Positions 20,506-30,390 of a stretch of DNA of 64,000 bases are shown here, in pieces (position 1 is the stretch's first letter; every line of letters begins with the position of its first letter). The stretch spans positions 27,301 through 91,300 of the forward strand of contig JAPLED010000129.1 in assembly GCA_026391475.1 (NCBI GenBank), read 5' to 3'. The position numbers were made by a program, and so were the translations under genes. Source of the stretch: Bacteroidia bacterium (GTDB lineage Bacteria > Bacteroidota > Bacteroidia > Bacteroidales > VadinHA17). Under the pieces are notes generated by a model. The model had not been told where the DNA came from, ran no database searches, and saw only the letters and a list, made by a program, of their open reading frames with translations.

Positions 20506-21369
20506 TTAATGCACCATATTACGATGCTTGTTCTTTAGAAGTATCTCTTTCGACTCCCCTCCTCTTGTGACAACAGCTTTGGCATCACACTCACCTGTAC
20601 CATAGTTCATCTCAACAGGAGGTACTCCATCCCTTTCAATCTTAACAACTCCGCTAACAATGAATGAGCAGGCACGTTTCCATTGCAATGCAGTTATAAT
20701 TGTATTGGTGTAAGTGATCCCGTTTATATTCTTGCCATTTGCAGAACCGGTGATCAAACATTCATCATCCCATATACTTTTGGTAAGAAAGCCTGCGGTC
20801 CATTCTCTTTGATGTGTAAATGAACGTTCAATAAATTTCCCGTTCGGAAGAGTCAGTTTACCATCAGTCAGTTTAATTTTAATTAAAAGGTTTTGATTGC
20901 TGTTATATCCCACATTTTCAAATACTTTTGTACCTTCAACCTTTATACCATTGAAGTAATAATTAACGAAGGTGACAGTTCTTTTGGATCCAACCTGCGG
21001 CCGGGGACCGGTTACCTCTATTAAAATCTTTCCTGAACGGGTATTATCATTTAATCCAACACAGCTTGTTCCGTAATCAACAGTAACAACCTTTGGCCAT
21101 GTTCCGGTAGTGGGTGGTGTAACTGTTATGGTAGGACATGAATCGGCAACTACTATTCCCGATTTCGTGTCACCACCTTTTACCATCTGATCGAGAATGA
21201 TGGTTGCATTGTCAGCCGTATTGAAGACGTCCTCAAAAACAGCATCACTTACTGCATCATCATCGGCCAGATCGATACTTGCCTGTTCAATAAGGGTTGA
21301 ATTTTTCTTACATGAAGAGAATGAGAGCATTACCAGGGCTGCTATCATCAGAAAAATCTTTTTTTTCAT
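20506..21369 (-). CDS. Hypothetical lipoprotein
   Basis: 287 aa with a signal peptide and lipobox (MLSFSSC). No recognisable domain. Confidence 0.6.
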   Translation of the reverse strand: MKKKIFLMIAALVMLSFSSCKKNSTLIEQASIDLADDDAVSDAVFEDVFNTADNATIILDQMVKGGDTKSGIVVADSCPTITVTPPTTGTWPKVVTVDYGTSCVGLNDNTRSGKILIEVTGPRPQVGSKRTVTFVNYYFNGIKVEGTKVFENVGYNSNQNLLIKIKLTDGKLTLPNGKFIERSFTHQREWTAGFLTKSIWDDECLITGSANGKNINGITYTNTIITALQWKRACSFIVSGVVKIERDGVPPVEMNYGTGECDAKAVVTRGGESKEILLKNKHRNMVH

Positions 21370-21495
21370 AGTTCTATTTTTAATTATTGATTTCGATTAA
21401 CAAATTATTAGATGAAAGCAAAGTTAAAAGGTTTAACGGAGAATAAGAAAGAAATAAAAGAATCTGAACTCAGGAGGAGTACCATTAATACCACC

Positions 21496-21987
21496 CTAAT
21501 TATATATTCTTTCGTATATAATATATGTATAGGGAATATCATTTTTCTCAGCCCCCTTAAACTCCTCCTTTTCAACAACTTTCCAGATATCAGAGTCAAT
21601 CTCGGGGAAATAGACATCGGCCGGAGCCTTTCTATGAACATGCGTGATATAAAGACGGTCTGTTATAGGCATAAATTGCCGGTACACACTCCCGCCTCCT
21701 ATAACGAATATTTCTTCTTCCTTTTCACATTTACTCAGTGCGTCTTCGATTGAGTATGCAGTAACAGAACAATCTATACATTCATGCGGGACATCAGTAA
21801 GGACAATATTTTTCCTTCCCGGGAGTGGTCTCCGGGGTAATGATTCCCAGGTTTTTTTCCCCATAATAACAGCGTTCCCGGATGTCAGTTTTTTAAATCT
21901 CTTCAGATCTTCAGAAATGTGCCATAAAAGCTCATTATCCTTACCTATACCCCAATCTTCGGAAACAACAACAATAATTGAAATCAT
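21496..21987 (-). CDS. folA: Dihydrofolate reductase
   Basis: 163 aa with GIGKDNELLW...MGKKTWESLP and VIGGGSVY. Confidence 0.92.
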   Translation of the reverse strand: MISIIVVVSEDWGIGKDNELLWHISEDLKRFKKLTSGNAVIMGKKTWESLPRRPLPGRKNIVLTDVPHECIDCSVTAYSIEDALSKCEKEEEIFVIGGGSVYRQFMPITDRLYITHVHRKAPADVYFPEIDSDIWKVVEKEEFKGAEKNDIPYTYIIYERIYN

Positions 21988-21997
21988 ACCTTATATA

Positions 21998-22792
21998 TTA
22001 TACAGAAATATCACCTTTAATATGAGGATGTGCAACATAATCTTTCAGGGCAAAATCATCATACCTGAACTTCAGAATATCAGTTACAGCGGGGTTAATG
22101 ACCATTTTGGACAACTGATATGGTTGACGGGTGAGCTGAAGCTTAACCTGATCAAGATGGTTAAGGTAAATATGAGCATCACCTAATGTATGAACGAAAT
22201 CCCCCTGTCTCAGGCCTGTTGCCTGTGCAATCATAAGTGTAAGAAGGGAATAGGACGCAATATTAAACGGTACTCCAAGAAAAATATCAGCACTTCTCTG
22301 ATAAAGCTGGCATGATAATCTCCCTTCTGCAACGTAAAACTGGAACATAATATGACATGGAGGAAGAGCCATTTTGTCTAATTCACCTACATTCCAGGCA
22401 CTAACAATATGGCGGCGCGAGTCTGGTGATTTTTTAATGGAACTTATGACATTTAACAGTTGATCAATCTTTTTACCTCCATAGGCAGCCCATGAACGCC
22501 ACTGGTATCCGTAAACAGGTCCCAGGTTCCCATCTTTATCTGCCCATTCGTTCCATATTTTTACTCCATTATCGTTCAGGTATCTGGTATTTGTATCTCC
22601 CGAAATAAACCAGAGTAATTCATGAATAATAGACTTAAGATGGAGCTTTTTTGTAGTAAGAAGAGGAAATCCTTCTTCAAGGTTGAATCTCATCTGATAA
22701 CCAAATACGCTAATCGTTCCGGTGCCGGTCCTGTCCGTTTTTTTAGTCCCGGTTTTTATTACATGATCAAGAAGATCAAGATATTGCCTCAT
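21998..22792 (-). CDS. thyA: Thymidylate synthase
   Basis: 264 aa with the LPPCH active-site Cys, DRTGTGT, and the [10 protein letters not shown] and GDAHIY regions. Confidence 0.97.
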   Translation of the reverse strand: MRQYLDLLDHVIKTGTKKTDRTGTGTISVFGYQMRFNLEEGFPLLTTKKLHLKSIIHELLWFISGDTNTRYLNDNGVKIWNEWADKDGNLGPVYGYQWRSWAAYGGKKIDQLLNVISSIKKSPDSRRHIVSAWNVGELDKMALPPCHIMFQFYVAEGRLSCQLYQRSADIFLGVPFNIASYSLLTLMIAQATGLRQGDFVHTLGDAHIYLNHLDQVKLQLTRQPYQLSKMVINPAVTDILKFRYDDFALKDYVAHPHIKGDISV

Positions 22793-22797
22793 CCCAG

Positions 22798-23391
22798 TTA
22801 TTTAGATTTCTTTCTTTTCTCAATTTCATCCCTTATAGCTGCAGCGCGCTCATAATCTTCAGTCTTGACAGATTCATCTATCATTTTATAGAGTTCCTCA
22901 TCCGAATATGAATCATATTTGGTGCTTTCCGGTTCAAATAAACTGTCAATCTCATTGGCTGCAGATAACCCGACATCAGTGGGATTGATTGTTATTCCGG
23001 CTTTTTCCAGAATGTCTTCAGTGATAAATATCGGACAGCCAAATCTTAATGCAAGCGCAACAGCATCGGATGTTCTGCTGTCGATGGAATATTCCTTTTC
23101 TCCATTATTGCAAACAAGCTTTGAATAGAAAACTCCCTCTTCAAGCTTATAGATCATGACTTCGCTAACAAAAATATTAAACTCATCTGCAAATTTTTTG
23201 AAAAGGTCATGAGTCAAGGGACGTGGCGGGTCGAGATTTTCAAGCTTTATCACGATTGCCTGTGCTTCAAACCCCCCGATAATAATAGGGATCCTTCTCT
23301 CTCCGTTTTCTTCAATCAATATCAATGCATAAGCTCCAGATTGAGTCTGACTGTTAGATATGCCCATCACTTTTAGCTTTACTCTCTTCAT
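22798..23391 (-). CDS. Bifunctional nuclease family protein (DUF151-like) with a C-terminal UVR motif
   Basis: [28 protein letters not shown] core, and a C-terminal [15 protein letters not shown] UvrB/C-like helix. Confidence 0.8.
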   Translation of the reverse strand: MKRVKLKVMGISNSQTQSGAYALILIEENGERRIPIIIGGFEAQAIVIKLENLDPPRPLTHDLFKKFADEFNIFVSEVMIYKLEEGVFYSKLVCNNGEKEYSIDSRTSDAVALALRFGCPIFITEDILEKAGITINPTDVGLSAANEIDSLFEPESTKYDSYSDEELYKMIDESVKTEDYERAAAIRDEIEKRKKSK

Positions 23392-23630
23392 ATCAATTAT
23401 TTATGCGCCAGATGAATAACCGGTTTTTTATTACATCTGACAAATATAAATATATTAGCACTAACACTAAGATTAACTATATCCTTTTTTATCAACATCC
23501 TGACAATAAAATCAGCATCTTTGAATATATAACTTTAGAAGGAAATTAACCCTTTTAATCATTCTGATCTGTGATTTACATCTCCTATTAAAAAATTCAC
23601 TGTATTGGTTTGTAAATAATCTAATTTGTA

Positions 23631-23638
23631 TATCTTTG
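23631..23638 (+). promoter_or_regulatory. -7 promoter box (TATCTTTG) upstream of rplU, leaving a leader of about 85 nt
   Basis: Exact TAnnTTTG with a TTTG about 18 nt upstream. The leader contains the nested stems TCCGCAGG/CCTCACGGA and TATATAAT/ATTATATA (23658-23710). Confidence 0.45.
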
Positions 23639-23731
23639 CAGTCCAATTTTGAATAAATCCGCAGGGGCAACTGAAGTTATATAATCACAGGATTATATAC
23701 GCCTCACGGAGTAACGTAAAAAAGATAAAAG

Positions 23732-24307
23732 ATGTACGCAATCGTAGAAATTGCAGGTCAGCAGTTTAAAGTAGAGGAAGGCAAAAAGATTTTTGTCCAC
23801 CGCCTCGAGGTTGAAGAGGGAAACCAGATTGAATTTGACCAGGTTCTTTTAATTGAGAACGATGGTAAAATTACTATCGGAGAACCCACAATTAAAGATG
23901 CTGTTGTTGAGGGAAAGATCCTCGACCACATGAGAGGTGACAAGGTAATTGTATTCAAAAAGAAGAGAAAAAAGGGTTATAGAGTCAAAAACGGACACCG
24001 TCAGAACTTTACTCAGGTTGAAATTGTCAGCATTAACGGGAAAGCCTCACCAAAAAAAGCAACTCCAAAAAAAGAAGAGGTTAAGTTAGATGAAGTAAAA
24101 GTTACTGAAGAAACTCCAAAGGGAAAAAAAGCAGCTGAGAAGAAACCTGCTGTTAAGAAGCCTGCTGTTAAAAAAGATGAAGCTCCTGCAAAGAAAGCTT
24201 CTGAGAAAAAAGTAGCAGAGAAAAAAGTAGCAGAGAAGAAACCGGCTGTGAAGAAACCAGTTGCAAAGAAACCAGTTGCAAAGAAACCAGCAAAAGAGAA
24301 AGAATAA
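23732..24307 (+). CDS. rplU: 50S ribosomal protein L21 with a Lys/Ala/Pro-rich C-terminal extension of about 88 aa
   Basis: MYAIVEIAGQQFKVEEG... L21 core of about 103 aa, followed by KKPAVKK/EKKVAEKK repeats. Confidence 0.9.
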   Translation: MYAIVEIAGQQFKVEEGKKIFVHRLEVEEGNQIEFDQVLLIENDGKITIGEPTIKDAVVEGKILDHMRGDKVIVFKKKRKKGYRVKNGHRQNFTQVEIVSINGKASPKKATPKKEEVKLDEVKVTEETPKGKKAAEKKPAVKKPAVKKDEAPAKKASEKKVAEKKVAEKKPAVKKPVAKKPVAKKPAKEKE

Positions 24308-24343
24308 TAAAATCAAAGTATAAGCAAATAAAAATATATAATT

Positions 24344-24604
24344 ATGGCACACAAGAAAGGAGCAGGTAGTTCACGTAACGGTCGCGATTCTGAAAGCAAA
24401 CGACTGGGAGTGAAGCTCTTCGGCGGCCAGGCAGCCAAAGCAGGCAACATCATAGTTCGCCAGAGAGGAACCAAACATAATCCAGGTCTCAATGTCGGCC
24501 TCGGAAAAGACCACACTCTTTTTGCTCTCACCGATGGAGAAGTTGAGTTCAAAAGAAAAAGAGACAATAAAACTTATGTATCGGTTAAACCGGTAAGTGA
24601 ATAA
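24344..24604 (+). CDS. rpmA: 50S ribosomal protein L27
   Basis: [24 protein letters not shown]... is a canonical L27. Confidence 0.96.
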   Translation: MAHKKGAGSSRNGRDSESKRLGVKLFGGQAAKAGNIIVRQRGTKHNPGLNVGLGKDHTLFALTDGEVEFKRKRDNKTYVSVKPVSE

Positions 24605-24626
24605 ATTATTATCTTAAAAGATACTG

Positions 24627-24675
24627 ACTCCCGAAATTCTTTTCTGCTTCAGGAAAGCATTATCGGGAGTTTTTT
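24627..24675 (+). terminator. Intrinsic terminator after rplU-rpmA
   Basis: ACTCCCGA pairs with TCGGGAGT and is followed by TTTTT. Confidence 0.55.
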
Positions 24676-24733
24676 AATATTTTTACAGCAGGCTTCTTTC
24701 AGCCTGTTTTTTTTTATTAAATCATAACTGAAT

Positions 24734-26008
24734 ATGTTAACGATTAACCTGATCCGCGAAAAAAAAGAATTTATCATCGAACGGCTAAAAGTAAAAAACT
24801 TTGAAGCAGAAGAAATAATAAACAGAATTCTTGCACTCGACTCCTCTCGTCGTGAGATACAATCTAAAACCGATTTGATGCAGGCAGAGATGAACCGGAT
24901 ATCCAAAGAGGTCGGATCTCTTATGAAGGACGGGAAGAGAGATGAAGCAGAAGCCGCCAAGGGAAAAACATATTCACTTAAAGAAGATATCAAATCTCTT
25001 TCCGACAAACTGATACCTATCGATAATGACCTGAAAAATGAAATCATCAGGCTGCCTAACCTTCCGCACGAATCTGTTGCACCAGGACACGGGGCTGATG
25101 ATAATGTCAAGGTCAGAGAAGGCGGCGTGATGCCTCTTTTGTATGATTCAGCACTTCCCCACTGGGATCTTATAAAAAAATATGATATTATAGATTTTGA
25201 TCTTGGTATAAAACTCACAGGAGCAGGATTCCCGGTTTATCTGGGTAAAGGCGCTAAACTTCAAAGAGCTCTTATCAGTTTCTTTCTTGATGAAGGTGAA
25301 AAAGCAGGTTACAGAGAGGTGATGCCTCCAATAATGGTAAATGAGGAATCCGGTTTTGGCACCGGGCAGTTACCCGATAAAGAGGGACAAATGTATCATG
25401 CCACCATTGATAATTTTTACCTTATTCCAACAGCTGAAGTACCGGTTACAAATATCTACAGGGATGTAATACTGAATGCCGATATGCTTCCGTTTAAGAA
25501 TATTGCTTATACACCTTGTTTCAGAAGGGAGGCCGGCTCATGGGGAGCTCATGTAAGAGGACTCAACCGTCTCCATCAGTTTGATAAAGTCGAAATAGTC
25601 CAGATCGCACACCCCGATCATTCATATAAATCTCTCGAAAATATGGTAAGTCATGTTGAGGGCCTTGTTTCCAAACTTGATCTTCCATACCGGATACTAA
25701 GACTTTGTGGCGGCGACATGTCATTTACATCCGCACTGACATATGACTTTGAAGTGTGGTCAGCTGCCCAGAAACGCTGGCTCGAGGTTAGTTCTGTATC
25801 TAATTTTGAATCGTTCCAGGCTAACCGGTTGAAATGCAGGTTTAAAGAGAAAGGAGACAAACAGACCCGTCTTGTTCATACTCTCAACGGTAGTGCCCTT
25901 GCCCTGCCAAGAATAGTTGCTGCAATCCTTGAGAATAACCAGACCGAATCGGGGATTAAAATACCTTCTGTCCTGATTCCTTATACAGGGTTTGATATGA
26001 TTAATTAA
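24734..26008 (+). CDS. serS: Seryl-tRNA synthetase
   Basis: 424 aa with an N-terminal coiled-coil arm and class II motifs (FRREAGS, TLNGSALALPR). Confidence 0.97.
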   Translation: MLTINLIREKKEFIIERLKVKNFEAEEIINRILALDSSRREIQSKTDLMQAEMNRISKEVGSLMKDGKRDEAEAAKGKTYSLKEDIKSLSDKLIPIDNDLKNEIIRLPNLPHESVAPGHGADDNVKVREGGVMPLLYDSALPHWDLIKKYDIIDFDLGIKLTGAGFPVYLGKGAKLQRALISFFLDEGEKAGYREVMPPIMVNEESGFGTGQLPDKEGQMYHATIDNFYLIPTAEVPVTNIYRDVILNADMLPFKNIAYTPCFRREAGSWGAHVRGLNRLHQFDKVEIVQIAHPDHSYKSLENMVSHVEGLVSKLDLPYRILRLCGGDMSFTSALTYDFEVWSAAQKRWLEVSSVSNFESFQANRLKCRFKEKGDKQTRLVHTLNGSALALPRIVAAILENNQTESGIKIPSVLIPYTGFDMIN

Positions 26009-26017
26009 TGATTTTTA

Positions 26018-26082
26018 CCCCCCCTTCCCCCCTGAAGGGGGGCTAAAAAAGAAATTTGTTTTAGAACCCCCTTTAGGGGGCA
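26018..26082. repeat. GC-rich palindromic element locus (two hairpins) downstream of serS
   Basis: CCCCCCTGAAGGGGGG (26027-26042) and CCCCCTTTAGGGGG (26067-26080). Confidence 0.7.
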
Positions 26083-26146
26083 GGAGGTGAAAAAAAGGAG
26101 TGAAAAACAGACTCATGTAACTGTCACAAAGCAATTTAGATCAGAA

Positions 26147-27034
26147 ATGGACCGGACCAAATCATCATATATTTATGCCGGATTGGCAATATTTTTCTGG
26201 TCAACGGTTCCAACAGCTTTTAAAATCAGCCTTGGCGAACTGGATATCCTCCAAATGCTCACTATTGCTGCCCTCACTTCAACTTTGGTCCTGTTGATAG
26301 TTGTTTTAGCCGGAAATAAGATTGGTCTCATCAGAAAAACAACAAGTAAGGAACTTTTAAACTCAGCCTTACTGGGGTTCATTAATCCGTTTCTATATTA
26401 TCTCATACTGCTTAAAGCCTACCAACTGCTTCCGGCTCAGGTTGCCCAACCTCTTAACATGATCTGGCCGATCATCCTGGTATTCCTTTCAGTTCCTATT
26501 CTCAAGCAAAAAATTGAAAGAAAAAGTTTCATTGCACTCTTTATCAGCTTTATAGGGGTGTATATAATATCTTCGCAGGGCAAGCCTTTTAACCCTGGTC
26601 ATTCCAATCTGACAGGTGTGATACTCGCCACAGGCAGTTCAATTTTCTGGGCACTCTATTTTATACTGAATGTCAAAGATAAAAGGGATGAAGCAGTTAA
26701 ACTGTTTCTCAATTTTCTTTTTGGTTCTGTTTACCTTGTAGTTGCAATGATTATTACAGGGAAATGGCAGGTTGAAATAGGATTCAAAGGAGCAGTTGCA
26801 TCTGTTTATGTCGGAATTTTTGAGATGGGAGTAACATTTCTCTTCTGGCTGAAAGCTCTTCAGATGGCCTCTACTACAGATAAGGTAAGTAACCTTGTTT
26901 ACTTTGCACCGTTTCTTTCCCTTGTTTTTGTACACTTTATTCTTCATGAACCCGTTTATTATACAACTCCGGCAGGATTATTGCTGATCATTTCCGGAAT
27001 ATTGATCCAGAACCGCAAATCTGTCAGGATATAA
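26147..27034 (+). CDS. EamA/DMT-family transporter
   Basis: About 10 TM segments in two EamA-like halves. Start placed at the ATG (MDRTKSS); the ORF track begins at GTG 26087. Confidence 0.8.
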   Translation: MDRTKSSYIYAGLAIFFWSTVPTAFKISLGELDILQMLTIAALTSTLVLLIVVLAGNKIGLIRKTTSKELLNSALLGFINPFLYYLILLKAYQLLPAQVAQPLNMIWPIILVFLSVPILKQKIERKSFIALFISFIGVYIISSQGKPFNPGHSNLTGVILATGSSIFWALYFILNVKDKRDEAVKLFLNFLFGSVYLVVAMIITGKWQVEIGFKGAVASVYVGIFEMGVTFLFWLKALQMASTTDKVSNLVYFAPFLSLVFVHFILHEPVYYTTPAGLLLIISGILIQNRKSVRI

Positions 27035-27039
27035 ATAAT

Positions 27040-27047
27040 TATCTTTG
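27040..27047 (+). promoter_or_regulatory. -7 promoter box (TATCTTTG) upstream of the S41 peptidase gene
   Basis: Exact TAnnTTTG match 36 nt before the ATG at 27083. Confidence 0.4.
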
Positions 27048-27082
27048 ACCTTTCGTTTTAAGACAATTAATAAGAGTTGAAT

Positions 27083-28432
27083 ATGAAGAAACTGTTTTTC
27101 TTACCCTTAATATTTTTAACACTATTTGTATCGTGCAAAAAAGATATTATTACACCTGAGGATACTGTACCCCCGGAAACTACACCTACTTTTGCGCAAA
27201 AAGACAGGGATGCCCTCGATGGCCTTATGAAGGAATGGTATTTTTGGTACAAAAATCTTCCTGCCGTTACACTGACAGACTATAAAGATCCCTATGAATT
27301 GATGGACGCATTGCGCTATAAACCACTCGACAGATGGAGTTTTGTTGCTGATTATGATGCATTCAATGCCCAGATGAATGGAACATTTGTCGGACATGGC
27401 ATCAGGATTGGTGTTGATGCTCAGGGTAAAGCAAGAATCGTAACAATCTATAAAAATTCACCCCTTTATTCTAATGGATTGATAAACCCCAGAGGAGTGA
27501 GAAGAGGATGGATAATAAAATCATTGAATGGAGCTGATCTTGCTCCGATAATTATTGCCGGTAATACTTCTGCTTATAATGACCTGATTGGGCCTGCCGT
27601 TGCAGGCAGGATAAATACCTTTGTTTTTCAGACTCCAAGAGGTAATGATACAACGGTTATAACCACTAAATCAACTTTCCAGGTTAATTCCGTAATGCTC
27701 TACGATACGCTTACAATTAAAAAAGTGAAAACCGGACACCTTGTATTTGATGCATTTATCTCTCCTTCCACTCAGGAACTTGCAACTGCATTCGCCTTTT
27801 TTAAAGCACAGGATGTCAAGGACCTTATACTTGATCTGAGATATAATGGTGGAGGTTCTGTGGATGTTGCCATAGAACTAGCCAGTTATATAGCAGGAAC
27901 ATCAAAATTTTCAACTCCATTTATAAAAAGTTCATATAACGACAAAAAAACCAGTAATAACTCAACCTCTTATTTTAAAAGTATTCCTTCTCCATTAAAT
28001 CTAAACAGGCTGGTAGTAATAACAACAAGGGCAACAGCCTCGGCAAGTGAGGAAGTCATTAACGGACTTAAGCCGCATCTTATTGTTACAACTATTGGTG
28101 ATACGACTAACGGTAAGCCAACTGGGATGAACGTCTGGAATACAACTGATTCTTTATACATCTTCGCACCTGTCACATGTGAATTTGTAAATTCTCTCGG
28201 ACAAGGCGGCTATTACGCAGGCTTTGCACCTGCAAAACTTGTCACGGACGATATTACTCACGATTTCAATGATAAAGGTGAATTATGCTTTAAAGAAGCT
28301 ATATATTTCCTTGAGAAAGGAGTTGTCTCAACTAAAGGAGGTTACACCTTCAATCCTACAATACAATTTTCCGAAAAACCGTCCTGGATGAACAATATGT
28401 ATATTATTGATAAATCAATTTTTAAAAAATAA
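27083..28432 (+). CDS. S41-family (C-terminal processing/tail-specific-like) peptidase lipoprotein
   Basis: Lipobox LFVSC, a LILDLRYNGGGSV S41 motif, and a downstream TASASE segment that may hold the catalytic Ser. Confidence 0.8.
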   Translation: MKKLFFLPLIFLTLFVSCKKDIITPEDTVPPETTPTFAQKDRDALDGLMKEWYFWYKNLPAVTLTDYKDPYELMDALRYKPLDRWSFVADYDAFNAQMNGTFVGHGIRIGVDAQGKARIVTIYKNSPLYSNGLINPRGVRRGWIIKSLNGADLAPIIIAGNTSAYNDLIGPAVAGRINTFVFQTPRGNDTTVITTKSTFQVNSVMLYDTLTIKKVKTGHLVFDAFISPSTQELATAFAFFKAQDVKDLILDLRYNGGGSVDVAIELASYIAGTSKFSTPFIKSSYNDKKTSNNSTSYFKSIPSPLNLNRLVVITTRATASASEEVINGLKPHLIVTTIGDTTNGKPTGMNVWNTTDSLYIFAPVTCEFVNSLGQGGYYAGFAPAKLVTDDITHDFNDKGELCFKEAIYFLEKGVVSTKGGYTFNPTIQFSEKPSWMNNMYIIDKSIFKK

Positions 28433-28441
28433 TACTGCCTG

Positions 28442-29002
28442 TTGAAAGATGTGTCGGAAGAACGGATAATTCTTGGTATCGACCCGGGAACCAGTATTAC
28501 GGGATACGGAGTAATAAAAACTGTCGGTACAGTCCCCGAGCTAATTTCAATTGGGTCAATCGATCTTTCAAAATTTAAAGATCACTACCTGAAGTTGAAG
28601 CATATTTTCGATAGGACAATAGGGATTATCGATGAATATCATCCTGATGAGCTGGCTATTGAAGCTCCCTTCTACGGAAAAAATGTTCAGTCGATGCTAA
28701 AGCTGGGCAGGGCACAGGGCGCTGCTATAGCGGCGGCACTAACCCGCTCATTGCCAATATTCGAATATGCTCCGAGGAAAATCAAAATGTCAATTACCGG
28801 TCAGGGGGCAGCTTCAAAGGAACAGGTGGCTGCAATGCTGATGAATATATTAAAATTCGATCTTACTGAAATAAAACTGGATGCCACAGATGGTCTGGCA
28901 GCCGCTTTATGCCATTTTTACCAGACAAATAATCCTGTTCAGAAAAAAGCTTACAACAGCTGGAAGGATTTTATGAATAAAAATCCAAAAAGAGTGAAAT
29001 AG
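28442..29002 (+). CDS. ruvC: Crossover junction endodeoxyribonuclease RuvC
   Basis: ILGIDPGTSITGYG and DATDGLAAALCH. TTG start per the ORF track. Confidence 0.93.
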   Translation: MKDVSEERIILGIDPGTSITGYGVIKTVGTVPELISIGSIDLSKFKDHYLKLKHIFDRTIGIIDEYHPDELAIEAPFYGKNVQSMLKLGRAQGAAIAAALTRSLPIFEYAPRKIKMSITGQGAASKEQVAAMLMNILKFDLTEIKLDATDGLAAALCHFYQTNNPVQKKAYNSWKDFMNKNPKRVK

Positions 29003-29013
29003 ACAGCCTCTAT

Positions 29014-29715
29014 TCAATTTACTGCAAAGGCTAATGCTACTACACTTACTCTCACCCCTTCAACTTTAAGAAGTTCATTAGCACACGATTCAATTGTCGA
29101 TCCGGTGGTGATAACATCATCTACAAGTAAAACATGCTTGCCCCTGATTATTTCAGGATCAGTAACACGGAAAATACCCTCAACATTTGTCCATCTATCG
29201 TACCGCGACCGCTTTGTCTGTGTAGCTGAAACTGTTTTTCTTACAAGAGAAACCGTATCAACAGGCAAGCCTGTAACATCGGCAATCCCTATTGAAATTA
29301 CGTCACTCTGATTAAAGCCGCGAATGCGTTTTTTAGTAGGATGAAGCGGAACAGGTATTATCAGATCAATATCAGCTGTAAATCCTGAAGATTTAAGTGA
29401 TAAACCATATATCCTGCCAAGTTCATACCCTATCTCTTTTATTCCCTTGTACTTAAGATTATGAATAAGATTTCTTATCCGGCTTCCCTTATTATAAAAT
29501 GAAAATGCCGCAGCCTTTTCTATCAGACATCTTCCCCAGAAGAGCTGTGACACCGGGTTTGTATCTTCTTTATGATAATTGGTCCTTGGAATAACAACAT
29601 AGCACCCGGTGCATATGAGATTTTCATTCCTGAGCAGATGATTTCCACAGGCATAGCAAAGCCTGGGAAATAAAAGACTGATAAAATCGTCCCATAAATT
29701 ATAAATGTAACTCAT
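29014..29715 (-). CDS. comF: ComF-family protein (phosphoribosyltransferase domain)
   Basis: N-terminal CYACG...CTGC zinc-finger-like motifs and a C-terminal VLLVDDVITTGST PRPP motif. The start could also be 29739. Confidence 0.8.
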   Translation of the reverse strand: MSYIYNLWDDFISLLFPRLCYACGNHLLRNENLICTGCYVVIPRTNYHKEDTNPVSQLFWGRCLIEKAAAFSFYNKGSRIRNLIHNLKYKGIKEIGYELGRIYGLSLKSSGFTADIDLIIPVPLHPTKKRIRGFNQSDVISIGIADVTGLPVDTVSLVRKTVSATQTKRSRYDRWTNVEGIFRVTDPEIIRGKHVLLVDDVITTGSTIESCANELLKVEGVRVSVVALAFAVN

Positions 29716-29803
29716 GCAGCGATGCAGAATTATTACCATATAAATTTAGAAATTTATTAGGACAATTTTTATTTCAAGTGTTTTTATTTATGTTTAAAGA
29801 AAA

Positions 29804-29935
29804 CCACCTCCCCCCTGACGGTACCGTCAGGGGTACTCCTCCTTTTCAAAGGAGGAGAAATGTAATATTGTGTATATCAGAACTTTCCCCTCCTTTTTAA
29901 AGGAGGGGTGTCACGCCACTGGCGTGACGGGGTTG
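29804..29935. repeat. Array of four consecutive GC-rich perfect hairpins (palindromic element family)
   Basis: CCCCTGACGG-TA-CCGTCAGGGG (29812-29833), CTCCTCCTTT-TC-AAAGGAGGAG (29836-29857), CCCCTCCTTT-TT-AAAGGAGGGG (29887-29908) and GTCACGC-CACTG-GCGTGAC (29910-29928). Confidence 0.75.
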
Positions 29936-29969
29936 TTAAATAAATTATCAACGAATCTTCAGAGCGAAC

Positions 29970-30368
29970 TTAAAGAATGACTTTCCGGCTTATTTTAGCT
30001 GCGATCTCTTTAAATTCTTCCGGTGAAAACTTAAGCTTTGGATTTTTGAAGTTTACATCATCCATGGAATCCATAGGAACCAGGTGTATATGTGCGTGAG
30101 GAATCTCAAGACCCAGTATCGCAACGCCGATGCGATTACATGGAATAACACTCTTGATGGCTGCAGCAACTTTTTTCGAAAAAAGTATCATTCCTGCCAG
30201 CCGATCATCATCCAGGTCGAAAATGTAATCGGTTTCCTTTTTGGGTACAACCAGGGTATGTCCTGCTTTCAGAGGATTGATGTCGAGAAATGCAAAATAA
30301 TTTTCATCCTCGGCAATCTTATAGCAAGGAATTTCCCCATTAATTATTTTTGTGAAAATAGTTGCCAT
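29970..30368 (-). CDS. HIT-family (histidine triad) protein
   Basis: 132 aa with the PHAHIHLVP histidine triad. Confidence 0.9.
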   Translation of the reverse strand: MATIFTKIINGEIPCYKIAEDENYFAFLDINPLKAGHTLVVPKKETDYIFDLDDDRLAGMILFSKKVAAAIKSVIPCNRIGVAILGLEIPHAHIHLVPMDSMDDVNFKNPKLKFSPEEFKEIAAKISRKVIL

Positions 30369-30390
30369 GATGACTTAAGAAAAGAATTTA

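Noticed and set aside
24086-24352. 88-aa minus-strand ORF rich in Phe/Leu/Cys.
   Set aside because: It is the antisense reading of the AAG/GAA-rich repeat that encodes the L21 lysine tail, so it is an artefact of repeat composition.
24649-25218. 189-aa minus-strand ORF, plus similar long antisense ORFs at 17623-18102, 30401-30805, 42708-43286, 43749-44192, 59651-60112 and 9761-10030.
   Set aside because: All lie fully antisense to strongly supported conserved genes (serS, tig, greA, GT4, GH133, comM, carB). Their composition is low-complexity Ser/Leu/Ile-rich, as expected for shadow frames.
29836-29908. AAAGGAGG sequences as ribosome-binding sites for unannotated small ORFs.
   Set aside because: They form the 3' arms of perfect hairpins, no start codon or ORF follows at a suitable distance, and other genes in the window show little Shine-Dalgarno usage.
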